Shown: positions 1 to 10,979 of the stretch, piece after piece | Position numbering within the stretch: position 1 is the first letter of the stretch | Layout of the letters: each line of letters starts with the position of its first letter | Assembly: GCA_020536535.1 (NCBI GenBank) | Contig: JAHLWZ010000808.1 | Coordinates: 1 to 64,000 of the forward strand | Reading direction: 5' to 3' | DNA: 64,000 bases | DNA from: Pelomyxa schiedti | Lineage: Eukaryota; Protista; Evosea | The notes under the pieces: model-generated | What the model saw: only the letters and a program-made list of their open reading frames with translations | Told to the model about the DNA's origin: nothing | Database searches by the model: none | Program-made: the position numbers and the translations under genes

Positions 1-2949
1 CGCTTTTCAGAACAGGTTCTAAAACAAATGGATACTGAGAAAAGCTTAAAGTGTTAAATATGGAAAAAGAATCGGGACATAAATACCAGGCTAAATGTGT
101 GCGGTAGTTACGAGGGGTGACCTTGCATACTTTTTTACAATAGAATCTTTGAAAAGAAATAATAGATTTCTTCTCATTCACTGTGTCTGCACGGAGAGCA
201 CAAATAAAACTGGAAACTACCACTCAACAGAAAAGCTACATACAAAGAACTTTTAGGATGGGCAGTGCGTCACACTTCTCAAAGTTTTCTTGGTGACTTG
301 ACCAATGTTTCAAAGATGTCAAAAAAATGTTCACCAGTCTTCCGAAATCATCTTCAGTATAGCTGTATTGTGTAAAGCCATGTGGGACCTAGCCACTTAG
401 TACCTTGTCCACCAGCTTTCAAGTATAGATTTCATTTCAGGACTCAGGGAATTAATTAGGTGAGTAAGTTTGCTTAACAACTCGAAGGGACAAGAAGCCT
501 TGTCACAAAATATGGGATGCTTGAATGAATGAGTTCAAGAAAGAGGGAGTATATTCCAACTTCAAGAAGAATGAGTAAGATTCGAAGTGTTTCTGGTTGA
601 TACAACAGAGGAACGACATCAATTTGGTTTATGGAAGAGTCCATTGCACCAAGTAAACAGTCCCGTAATTGCTAGCTCATATCAGAAATTGAATTTGAGG
701 AATGTAATACGTTTGAAGAGATGATGGAATAGAAGTGTCGGAGGGATACAAAATTGATTCCTTGCACAACTTATTCTGGAACGTGTTTCAGGGAAAATAC
801 CACAAAAACTGGGACTGGTTTCAAAATGTTTCCCTCCAGGCTATACTAATATTAGGAGAAGTAAGCATATTACTAGTAGCATGCCAAAAGAAAACTTGCG
901 TTGATACAACTTGGTGAGCTGAATGTTTCTATTATACTTTTTTTGACAGCTGCAGTATTTCCTTCAGTCAATAACTGTCCCCCCCCCCCCAACAGGTTTA
1001 GTTCTGGAAATTGGAGGTAGAAAGCACTTGTGTGATTTTCCTTGTATCAACAGTTGTTATTTCCAATGGCGGCAAAACCATAGGAACTTAAAACCCATTA
1101 CACAAATGACTAGTGAAAAGAATAGGCGTACTAATGCTGCCAGCAATAGAGATTACTGAATGTCCTGAACCACAATCCATAAAGGGTTGGAGCTTCCCAC
1201 CAAAAAATGAAGCAAGAGTTGTAGGAATGTGACGAGAGTTTGTATCACCAGTTCCAAGCTTGAAAACAGTTGGTTTTTCAATGAATCGAAGTTTGGGTAC
1301 TTGGCCGTGGTTATTCAAACCCCAGGAAAACAAGTGTGACGCCTGACTCTCAGAATATTTCAAGGCAATGCTATGCTCCCGCCCACAAGATATCTGTTGG
1401 GGTTGCGATTACACTCCTTGAACCCTTGAATTGAAAGAACTTTGGAAATGAAGTATCCATTCAAATAAGACACTGCAGTGGGGACAGAACAACACTCTGC
1501 ATTTCCATGTCCTAACTTCAATATTCAACAGTTAGACTGTATGGTTTTTTAGTTCAAATGATACCTGCCCATACTTGCCTGTTGGCCAGATGACTAGTTA
1601 GTTTCATGTTAATCAGGTAAAAAAGAGGTAACCTTTTCCAAAGGAATAGACAACTCCATATTCTGGAATTCTTAGTCAGAAGGAGTGGACTTGGAGAGAT
1701 ACCAGAAAGTAGTAATGAGTGACCAGAACCACAGGCTGCAGCTATAATGCGTTTCCCACGTAAATAGGGATTCACCTGTGCCACTTTAAGGCGACGGTTA
1801 GCTACACCAAGGCCAAGTTGTCCATATTGGTTGGAACCCCAACAATATACATTTCCACAAACTGAATATGAAAATTGTGAAGGTGCATCAATGATTTCTC
1901 CTGAGATGCAGAGGAAAAAAGGTGCAATACCAGATATGCAAATACAGTGGTAATCTCCAACAGCACAGGAAACAACTGGAACCCCAAAGAGGGAGGAAAC
2001 CCACAAAGGTACTGAAGACTGTAATTCTTTTCGTGCAAGCTGGCAATAGGGTGAAACCTCGTCTCAAGGAACAGAGGGAAGAGTACTTGACCAAAAGAAT
2101 TATCTCCAAAAGAAAACACAGCACCAGATCCTTTTGAAAATGATCAAGTACAAAAATGAAGGCAGCTCACTTGTAACAACAAGAGAGTGCTTTCTTCCAC
2201 AACCAAGAGCGATTGCCCCATGCAAATTTGGAATTTTTGTTGGCTTGTCAATGAACGACGTATTACCCTAAAGGATTTATTAAAGCACTCCAAGGAGAAA
2301 TGGAGGAACCAGTCCAAGCTGTCCACTAGTGTTTCTACCCTTTGCATCATTATATCTAATATAGAGTCTGATTGAAACATACCCAAGAAAGAACTTCTGA
2401 AGTGTTTATCAAACAAACTACCACCTGTTTAGAAAGAAATATTATAGTCACAATGGCACACGAGTGTGTGAGTGACCACAGGCAATTTGAGTGACTGGGT
2501 TCTGAATTCTTACACGTTCAGGGCTAACAGCAGACCCGTTCCTCCCAAGTTGCCCATGCCTTGATTGGCTGTAAAAGGGGGGCAAACACAAAAGCACTTC
2601 TTGAGTGGAATGCATTAGCATACACATTACTGCCAAAAGAGATAACACTATCAGCACCAGTCAAAACACAGGTATGTGATGCACCACATGTAATCTTTCA
2701 ATTCGAATTTCGAAATTAAAAAAAAAAAGTCATAGAACAAAGGGCGACCTGTTTCACTCCCTCGTATCTGTAATACTCCAGTAAAAGAAGAGGTGACTTC
2801 TCCATATCTCTCGTGCCCTCCATCCCCAACTATATAACAGTGAACCAATAAAACCGAATAGAAGGCATGTCTGTTCGCTGGCAGCAAAATTAATTTACCT
2901 GCCCATGAACATTGCTGCCAAAACTCCACACCTGCGTCCTCATTGTCAT
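1..2949 (-). CDS. RCC1-repeat protein, probably a small-HERC-type E3 ubiquitin ligase (multi-exon; 3' end runs off the left edge, HECT domain not in window)
   Basis: Spliced reading MTMRTQVWSFGSNVHGQ|LGMEG...GVKQITCGASHTCVLT. Further RCC1 repeats: GQLGRNG..QIACGHSH, VYCWGSNQYGQLGLG..AAACGSGHSLLL, ISCGREHSIAL..LFSWGLNNHGQ. Downstream segments ETLRILLILL and ESWWT|SYTEDDFGRLVNIF resemble the post-RLD helical region of HERC3/4. ATG at 2949. Confidence 0.75.
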
Positions 2950-3157
2950 TTGATGAAGGGAAAAGTTCGACCGAAAAAAGGGAAGGAGATCTGATGCGCG
3001 CCGAGCATTCACAGAACACCAAAAAAAATAAAAAGAAAAACAACGTGTGGCCCTAGAAGTAGTAGAGCCGTGCGTGGTGAGTGGTGTGCCAGCGAATTGT
3101 GGGAGAAAACAATTACTGTTGGTAGTGAAACGCTATTGTGTTGTGGTACAACCGACC

Positions 3158-4816
3158 ATGAGCGGGGGCGGAGGCATGGACAATCCCATAAGTAACGCTA
3201 TGGTGATGCAGTTGCTGCTAGGTGGGGGAGGCGACGGAGGGTCTGTTTTTCTCTTTGTTTCCAGTATTTTAAACACCCTAAAGGAAGTCGGACAGTTCTA
3301 GCTGCAGTCCAGCTGTAAACCTCCAATTTTTTTTTTCCCTTTTCTAAAAACTTTGTCAGATAAGGTTTCTGTGAAATTGGTTTTCTCTCTGCACTTCTAC
3401 AAGAAACAACTAGCCAAAAAAAAAAAAAACCAATTCCAATACAAAACCAACCCTCCAAAAAAGAAGCTCAGATGACAGAACTTCAAAAACCAAAGACGGG
3501 CACTTGACAATGTGGGTGGAGGCACCCAATGACGACCCAAGGGGAGCATCCCCCAATTCCTCTGGGAAGAGGTACTGGTGTGTACTCAACAAAACAGTGC
3601 GGGAGTCATCTTCTCCCTCTCATATATTGCTGATTTATCACAGCAGTAAGGTATATGATGCTTTAATTTGTCTATGAATACATCTCACAAAACATAGTCA
3701 ACACATAGTACACGTAAGATAGATCTATCTACTGTTTCCCATATCAGCCGAAGTTATAACAGTAAGACAAAAATTTTTGGCATCACTCTGCATACCCCCG
3801 AGCACAACTACATTGTACAGGGAAAAGACCAGAGAACAACTGAAGAATGGTAAACATCTCTTTTGTTTTAAAGTCTAAATTAATCTTTGGTTGGGTGCAA
3901 TACAAACAGGCAAGCAGAGTTTGATAAAGTGCTTACAGACTTTAACAAAAACACCACTCACACAACAAGTGATGATGATGCTGAATGTGGTACATATGTT
4001 ATAAAAAATGATGTACCTGACTGTCCTGATTTTTCTGCGCGATCATTGGAGTTGTGGGAAGAGAATCTTGTAGCTTTGGATAGAGGGGAGTGGAGTGCAG
4101 GATTGGAAGAAAATATTTGTGCCTTCAAGAGATACAAGAAGAAGAGATTGCCACTCCCTTCCCAAGCAACCCTGAGGCGAATGACCAAGTCAAGTAGGGA
4201 GCCAGATTCACCACAAACCGAGCCCGCAATTATTCCCAATGCTCTTCTGATGCAGAGTGCACCTGTTATGAACAGCATGGCATTCGACCTTTCACAGTTC
4301 TCCTCAGCATCCCAAATTCCTGATATACCTATACGTTTGGATCCAGATTTAAATGTCGACGGGATCACACTGTCTGACTTTACACTCCAGAAAACAACCA
4401 CCAACTCCACAACAACCACTTCGACATCACCAACATCAACCCCGTCGATATCATCCACCCCACCAACACCCCTGTCCTCACCCGAGCCCCCGCCAAAGAA
4501 TACCCCCAAGAAGCCCAGCCTGTCCCCTATAGACACCGAAACCTCACAAGGATCCAACAACAGTAACAGCAACAGCAACTCCTCCGCACACTCGCGCTCA
4601 TCCAATTCACCATCCAACTCACCCACCCGCCAGCATTCCAGCAGTGCAACATCACACCGCCGGTCATCGTCCTCCCGCAATACTACAGTGGACACTTCTG
4701 GTGCCAAAAAGCCTTCTCCATCATACCTGTCACAAGTTTTCCCTTCTGGCAGACACCACAGCAGTCACAGGAAGCACCAGTCAGTGATGGAAGCTCCCTC
4801 CAACAACAATTCCTGA
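3158..4816 (+). CDS. PH-domain protein with a Ser/Thr/Pro-rich disordered C-terminus (multi-exon)
   Basis: Exons encode GHLTMWVE...KRYWCVLNK and GITLHTPEHNYIVQGKDQRTTEEW, the typical PH-domain end with its Trp. Last exon is ORF 3887-4816. Confidence 0.7.
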
Positions 4817-4919
4817 TGAGATTTATGGGGGTGGGGTGTTGTATAGGTGCACACAACAAACAGTACATATGGTAAAAAGAAACAAATTGTTTTAGTGATA
4901 CACACTATAGCACCCTCAC

Positions 4920-6890
4920 TCAGTTGGCCTTTGGTGGCACTGTTTGGGGTTCTGTTGTATCTTTTGGTTTGGCCGGCTCTGCTGCAGTCTTGTTGCCAGT
5001 GGCCTTGCTATCTTGTGGTTTAATAGCTGTTGTTGAGGAAGGTACCTTGGGCTTAGTGCCAGGTGGTTTGGTAGTATTGGGATTTGTATGACCTGAAGGC
5101 TTAGTTGTTGGTTTGGTAGGGGAGGTGTTATGAGGTTTTAATGTGGGTTTGGTGGTTGTTGCTCCCCCTGGGGGTTTGGTGGGTGTGGAATGCAATAAGC
5201 CGGGTTTAGTGGCTGCTCCTGGCTTGGTTGAGGTTCCTCCTGGTTTGGTGGGTGTGGAATGTAATAAGCCGGGTTTGGTTGTGGGTTTGGGTTTGGTGGG
5301 GCTGGTTGGGTTGGTGGGTTTGTGGGTGTTATTGTCTGCTGCTCCCGGTTTCACTCCGGGTCCGGGTTTTACTGTGGGTGTTTTGTGATCAACTTTGGGG
5401 TCTGGCTTTGGTACTGGGGGTTTCACTGGTTTGGGGGCCGGCTTATTGGGGTCAGGTTTAGTGTTGAGGTCCGGTTTTGGTTTTGGTTTTGCTGGGTCTG
5501 TTTTGGGTTTTGTTGTATCTGGTTTGGGTTTTGCTGGGTCTGTTTTGGGATCGGGCTTCTTGGGGGCTGTTTTGGGATCTGGTTCAGTTTTGGGGTCTGC
5601 CTTGGGCTTCACTGGGTCCGTTTTGGGATCAGTTGTCTTGGGTCCGGTTTTAGTATCTGTGGGTGGATCGGTTTTAACTACATCTGGTTTTGTGCCAGTT
5701 TTTGTAGTGTTAGTCTGAGGAGGTTCGGGATTTGTTGTAGTAGCCGGAGTCTTAGTGGGAGGATTGTTACTCTTAATATCCACTTTATCTGGATCGTTGG
5801 AAACGGGCTTTGTGGGCTTGGTGGGCTTGGTGGGCTTTGTTGGGCTAGGCTTTGGGTCCGTTTTTGTACCTGGCTTATCTGCCCCCGGTTTGGTAACCCC
5901 AGGAGTTTTTTGGGTGTTATTGCCATTGGGCTTGGGCTTCGTTGTAGCTGGGACACCCGGTTTAGTGGTTGGTTTTGGTTTTGGATTTGGATTTGGTTTC
6001 GGTTTCGTGGGTGTGGTCTTGTCGTGAGTATGGACAGGAACACCAGGCTTCACAGTCGGATTGGGAGCCGGCTTGGGCTGTTTTCCCCCAGGCTGCTTTG
6101 GGGGTGGAGATGGCAGAGTGGGAGCAGGAGTGAGCCCAGGGAGTTTGGTTGGCGGCGATGTTTTGCTGCCTGGCTTGGCAGCGGGAGGGCGCGTGGGGGA
6201 CGAAGAAGGCGGCAGGGGTTTTTTCGGGCCTGGGGGCGAGTGTGTGGGACTTGGCTTGGGGTTTTCGTTCGCAGGTGTACTGGTGGTTGTGGTTGTGGTT
6301 GTGTGAGTGTTTGTACTTGTACCTGTACTTGCGTTGCCATTTGGGGATGGTTTGGCAGCAGTCTTCTTGGCCGATTTCGTAAGAGGTTTTGTTGGGATGA
6401 CTGAGGGCTTCGCAGTAGTAGTAGTCTTGGCGGAGTCCGTCGGGGGTTTGCCCTTAACGGAGGCACTCGGCGCGGCGGCGGCGGCGCTGCGGGAGACAGC
6501 CCCTGGGGGTTTTCCCTCCTTCTCTGGTGGGACATCGGAGGGCTCCAGGGGGGTCGTTTCCGTATGTGCACCGTGGTCCTCCGCGTCGCTAGGTTTCTTG
6601 GGTTCTGTGGCTTGTTGCTGCTGCTGCTGTTGCTCAGGCTCTTTCTCGTGTGGTTGTTCTTGGTCCTGCTCGGCAGGGGCTTGTTCCTGTAAGAAACTTA
6701 AGCAACACGAGAAGAGAAAGAGGAGGGGAACTCTCACCTTTGGCTCCTGGTGATCATCACCATCAGGTTGGGCATTTGGCACGTCGTTATGGTCATCGAC
6801 CTGGGGGACCGGAGGAGGCTCTGAGGGTGTTGTTTGGTCCTCAGCGGTTTCCGTCGCGGGTTGCACGTTGGTTTGGTTGGCGTCGCTCAT
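4920..6890 (-). CDS. Low-complexity Pro/Thr/Lys-rich repeat protein (TKP/KPKP/DPK motifs) with an acidic N-terminus; function unknown
   Basis: 667-codon ORF; first ATG at 6890 (MSDANQT); one 51-nt in-frame GT-AG intron at 6687-6737; internal duplication KPGLLHSTPTKP. Confidence 0.7.
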   Translation of the reverse strand: MSDANQTNVQPATETAEDQTTPSEPPPVPQVDDHNDVPNAQPDGDDHQEPKVRVPLLFLFSCCLSFLQEQAPAEQDQEQPHEKEPEQQQQQQQATEPKKPSDAEDHGAHTETTPLEPSDVPPEKEGKPPGAVSRSAAAAAPSASVKGKPPTDSAKTTTTAKPSVIPTKPLTKSAKKTAAKPSPNGNASTGTSTNTHTTTTTTTSTPANENPKPSPTHSPPGPKKPLPPSSSPTRPPAAKPGSKTSPPTKLPGLTPAPTLPSPPPKQPGGKQPKPAPNPTVKPGVPVHTHDKTTPTKPKPNPNPKPKPTTKPGVPATTKPKPNGNNTQKTPGVTKPGADKPGTKTDPKPSPTKPTKPTKPTKPVSNDPDKVDIKSNNPPTKTPATTTNPEPPQTNTTKTGTKPDVVKTDPPTDTKTGPKTTDPKTDPVKPKADPKTEPDPKTAPKKPDPKTDPAKPKPDTTKPKTDPAKPKPKPDLNTKPDPNKPAPKPVKPPVPKPDPKVDHKTPTVKPGPGVKPGAADNNTHKPTNPTSPTKPKPTTKPGLLHSTPTKPGGTSTKPGAATKPGLLHSTPTKPPGGATTTKPTLKPHNTSPTKPTTKPSGHTNPNTTKPPGTKPKVPSSTTAIKPQDSKATGNKTAAEPAKPKDTTEPQTVPPKAN

Positions 6891-7073
6891 CTTTTCGTTT
6901 TGTTGTTTTTGTTCTTTTCTCACGAGTTTTCTTCAGTTAAAACCAAAAAAATTTTTTTCCGCTAAGGGCGTAAGATAAAAGATTTCTCGAATACACCTGC
7001 GTGGAAATGCTTTCTTGTGTGTGTCTCCCTTTGGCTTGGTTTCTCCAGAGGTAATCTCAGTCAAGGTGCGGTT

Positions 7074-8405
7074 TTATGGTGTGTACTGGAAATGGGCTAG
7101 AGAAACTAACACAGACTCGCCCTGGCTTTGCAGCCCAACAGTGGGCCATAGTGACTGTGGGCTCAAATTGCTCTGCAAGCGGAATATCTCCTTGCCATTC
7201 ATTGTCCAGTAAATCATTCCCGTAGCACTCACACCACAGCCAACAACATCGCCATCTTCCCACGTGGGGAGAGAGGCAACTACTTTGCCGTTTGCAAACA
7301 CACTGCCATCGTCTCCTTGATGTCCAAACCTACACGTTGAGAGTGTGCCTGTTGATTGGATGAAGATTTGCAGTTGATAGTGACGCACGAGTTTTTGACC
7401 CAACCAGGCTGATTGGTGTGTATGTAATTCTCAAGTGCTAAACCAACTCCAACTGCGCCCTTCCACCCAAGAGAAATCATCTTTGTAATGTAAGAGAATT
7501 AATAAATTCCCAGTTACACACTGTGACTTCAAAGTATGGAATATGCAGCTTCGGCATTACCTACCAGAAGACAGTTAATATTGAAATGTGTTGATACGCC
7601 GACCTGAAACGACCCAACAGGCGGCCCAGAATTACTTATATATGTAACAAACGCATCAGAAATTGTTAGGTGAGGTGATTTTGATGAAATTGGGAAACTA
7701 GGCGAGATCCATGAAGAAAGTTTGTCGATGAAAGAGGTGGAATTTGGTTTGGCCCGTACGCCACTATACCTCCTCATGGACCGCAATTTGCCAATAATAA
7801 GTGAATCTGCCATTCTATTTAGGGATGTTCTATTAGGGTACAAGACTCTTACATGGGGGAGGTTCCGTGAACTTGACTATCTCAATTAAAGTTCCAAATG
7901 AGAGGTTCCTCAGCGGAGAGTGTACACTGGTACGTGGATGTTTTCCTGCCAAAAACGCAGTGACACAAGCTTTCCAAGGTTTACGAGAATCTTTCAAGTC
8001 ATTACTGAAAGGTAAAGTACATCTCTGCCATCACCAAGTAATGCAGGATCAGGTAGATGATCCACATCTTCTTCGTTGGCACTTACAGCAGTGATAGTTG
8101 CTGAAGCGGACAATAGTTTCTCTTGATTTTCGGGCGAATCAAGCAATCGGCATGAAACCAACTGCTGTAAGGCACGAAGTACCACTAAGCAAAGGCACCA
8201 AATGGTAATTTAGCTCGCCATTGCATTATAATACATTTTTGGTGCCGTTTAAACAGGTGATGACTTGGTGCAGAGAGGAATGAGTACATGGACGATCATA
8301 CGCAAGGGTCGTGTCGTCCAACCCAGCCACTGTAAATATGGGTCGCCACTTTTCAGGCAGCGACGGGCATTCTGGCCTTTCAATCCACAACCGTCTGCCA
8401 GCCAT
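7074..8405 (-). CDS. SPRY-domain protein (RanBPM/SPRYD3-like SPRY type; multi-exon)
   Basis: C-terminal exons GAVGVGLA...QPGWVKNS|..FGHQGDDGSVFANG...WEDGDVVGCGV...IYWTMNGK...LWPTVGLQSQGESV. Start MAGRRLWIERPECP at 8405. The 3' end is uncertain. Confidence 0.7.
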
Positions 8406-8578
8406 AGGGTAAAAAAAAACCGAATTTTAAGAAGTGAGATGCAGTCTCCGCAGGTATCAGGACGATACTGGAGCCACGAGACCACTGAAGATTGTTGCCT
8501 GCAGCGTTCTCTGCACAGAACCTCTTCAGGCCCGGAACAGTGATGGTAACCGAGGAGGAAAAAAAACCCAGTATTTAC

Positions 8579-10851
8579 ATGAGCGCGTCGCAGCCTGGGG
8601 AGGGCACCACCAACTCCGGCGACACACACTCCACCACCACCACCACGACAGGGGACGGCAGTGGGGCCAGCAGCGGGAACGGCCCCGGCACAGCCCCGGG
8701 CGGGGGCGCGGCCACGTCGCTGTCGTTCGCGCTGAGGCAGCCGACGAGGCGGAAACCCGTGGCGCCCTCTGCCCGCTCGGGGCTGTTCGACCAGGCGGAG
8801 GGCGGCGGCCCGGCGCAGCCCACGACGCAGGCCCACGACACGGAGGAGCAGCGACGGCAAGCAGTAGGCGAAGGGGCGGCGGCGGCAGCGGCGGCGGCGG
8901 CGAGCGGAACGCCCCCCTCTGCGGCCACTACCACGGCCACAGCCACCTCCACCGCCACAGCCACCACAACCGCGTCTTCTTCGGCCCAAGGGGGAGGGGA
9001 GAGGGAGAAGGAAAGCAATCACGGCGGCTCGAAGGAAGAGCAAGAGCGAGAGAAGGAGAGCGGCGGAGTGGGAGAAGGAAAGGCGGATGGGGAGGGGGAG
9101 GGGGTCAGCGGAATAAAATGCGGCAGCGGCTCTTCCGGTCACGGTCACGGTCACGGTCACGGTAACGGTCACGGGCGTGAGGGTGAGGAGGGACAGGAGT
9201 CGGCACTCGACCGCGACTCGGAGACAGCATCATCGGCTGTGGTGGACAAACCCTCAGTTGGTCCTATTGCGAGAGGTGACTCTGCTGCGAATACTGGTAC
9301 TAGTATATCATTTTGTCATGTGCTGGAGTGACCTGGGACATTTAGGAGTCACTGCTGCGAACGGTACTGGTAGTGCTAGTACGCCTGTGGAACCACCGTG
9401 GAAACACAGGAGGGTGGCGGCGAGGCAATCGCATTTTGGTTTGGCTTCCCTCCTCGCTCTCCTTGCCAACACTCAACAAACTCCTGCAGGAGAGGTTGAC
9501 CCCACTATAGCTCGATTTGGATCATTTCCTCTGGGCAAGTAAGAATCTTACGCCAATTCAAGTTTTTTCTTGCCTACACACTGAAGTCCTAAAATGGACT
9601 TCTTCTCAAATCCTTTCAGACTAAAAACTTCCTGCTGAAGGTTAGAACCAGAGTGCAATTTGGGATTTTATACACCACAGTTGCAAAACCTGGTTCCACA
9701 AAGGCAACCTCTTGCACGGACAATACCACAGGTATAGCTACAGTTACTTATACCTCATTTGTCTAAAATTCAATTGTGAGACACCCACTATGACAGATTT
9801 ACCCCAGAACCAAAGGTACATCGAGTTTCGCAGCAATTCTCACTACGAATAGAGTGAGAGAAACTTCAACTGGACAGACAGTTGCCACCCAGATAGCAGT
9901 ACAGGTTGCTGCAGCAAGAGCAGCAGCCGTCGTTGCCGCAGCAACTGCAAATTCAACTTCACTACAAACTCAATCCTTTAATTCAACTCTACTGCACCCA
10001 CCAAGGCTACAACTTCAATCCACATCTTCACTCCAACTTCAATCCAAGCCTCCAAACTTGCAATCGACCGCCCTGCTGCAACCGAAGGCCCAACTACCCG
10101 TCCCACAGACCGCCATGCAAATTCCTCCGACGAATCAATCCACAGTGCCATTGCCTCTGTCTTATGCACAAGTACAGTTCCAGGCGCAAAACTCACAGTT
10201 AGCACCTCAGCTGCAGGCACTGTTACAATCACAACCTTATCTACAACACATCCCACAACCTACCCAAATCAGTGTGCCAATGCCTCTTTCCGATTCTACC
10301 CAAGCAGAATCCACTACAGGAAAACCTGGTGAATCCAAGAAAAAGCAGAGGGCACACCATATTGGGGACTACCTCCCAAAAGATGAATTACAAAAATTTC
10401 TATCATTCCAGCAGCAGGTACAACGGGTTCCCACACCTTACAGAGAAATAATTTCAACCAGACAGCAGTTCCGGATGATTCAAGCACTGATAAGCTCACT
10501 GAAGAAAATAAGGGACACCAAATGCTACTCAAGATGGGCTGGCGAGAAGGTCATTATGATAGATTCACTTTATCTTTTGTAAATAATAATAATAAACTAG
10601 GCACTGGACTTGGTGCCTCAGGCACAGGGAGGGTTGATCCTATTACCGTTGACGGAGGCCACAAGGTGGGGGGCATTGGGTCAATCAGACCTGAAGAACT
10701 TGCAGCAACAGATGATATATATGAGCAGTATAAAAAAAGAATGATGGTGTCGTACAGATACCGCCCTAATCCTATGGTATTTTCAACCCATCATTGCTGG
10801 AGCTAAATCCCAACAACTTAACAGAACAATCCCAGAAAGAGTTACTACTAA
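8579..10851 (+). CDS. SUGP1: SUGP1/SF4-like G-patch splicing factor
   Basis: C-terminus [16 protein letters not shown]...[19 protein letters not shown]|[14 protein letters not shown]...[22 protein letters not shown]|NNPRKSYY* matches the characteristic SUGP1 G-patch and terminal RPNP-NNPR-YY motif. Confidence 0.85.
9137..9174 (+). repeat. (GGTCAC)n hexamer repeat encoding [13 protein letters not shown] in the SUGP1-like N-terminus
   Basis: Direct tandem repeat seen in the sequence. Confidence 0.9.
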
Positions 10852-10979
10852 GACTGTAAATGCCTTTGGCTTCCATTAATTCTTCTTTTTTGGCCATAAG
10901 AGACTACACTTTTGAATATAATGCCTTATGTTGGTTGTTCGTTGTGGGGTCTGTTCATAGCAAAATCCATGTCAAACCA

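Noticed and set aside
4683-4868. Minus-strand ORF with a LIM-like CGVC...WHQKC pattern
   Set aside because: It is the antisense of the His/Ser-rich end of the PH gene, the C-to-H spacing is short for LIM, the second zinc site is absent and a stop follows directly.
6687-6737. In-frame hydrophobic segment VRVPLLFLFSCCLSFLQ that looks like a membrane anchor
   Set aside because: It is a 51-nt GT-AG intron with a strong donor and pyrimidine tract that happens to lack a stop codon.
5143-6753. Several long plus-strand Gly/Val/Leu/Phe-rich ORFs
   Set aside because: Shadow frames of the repetitive Pro/Thr/Lys gene on the opposite strand.
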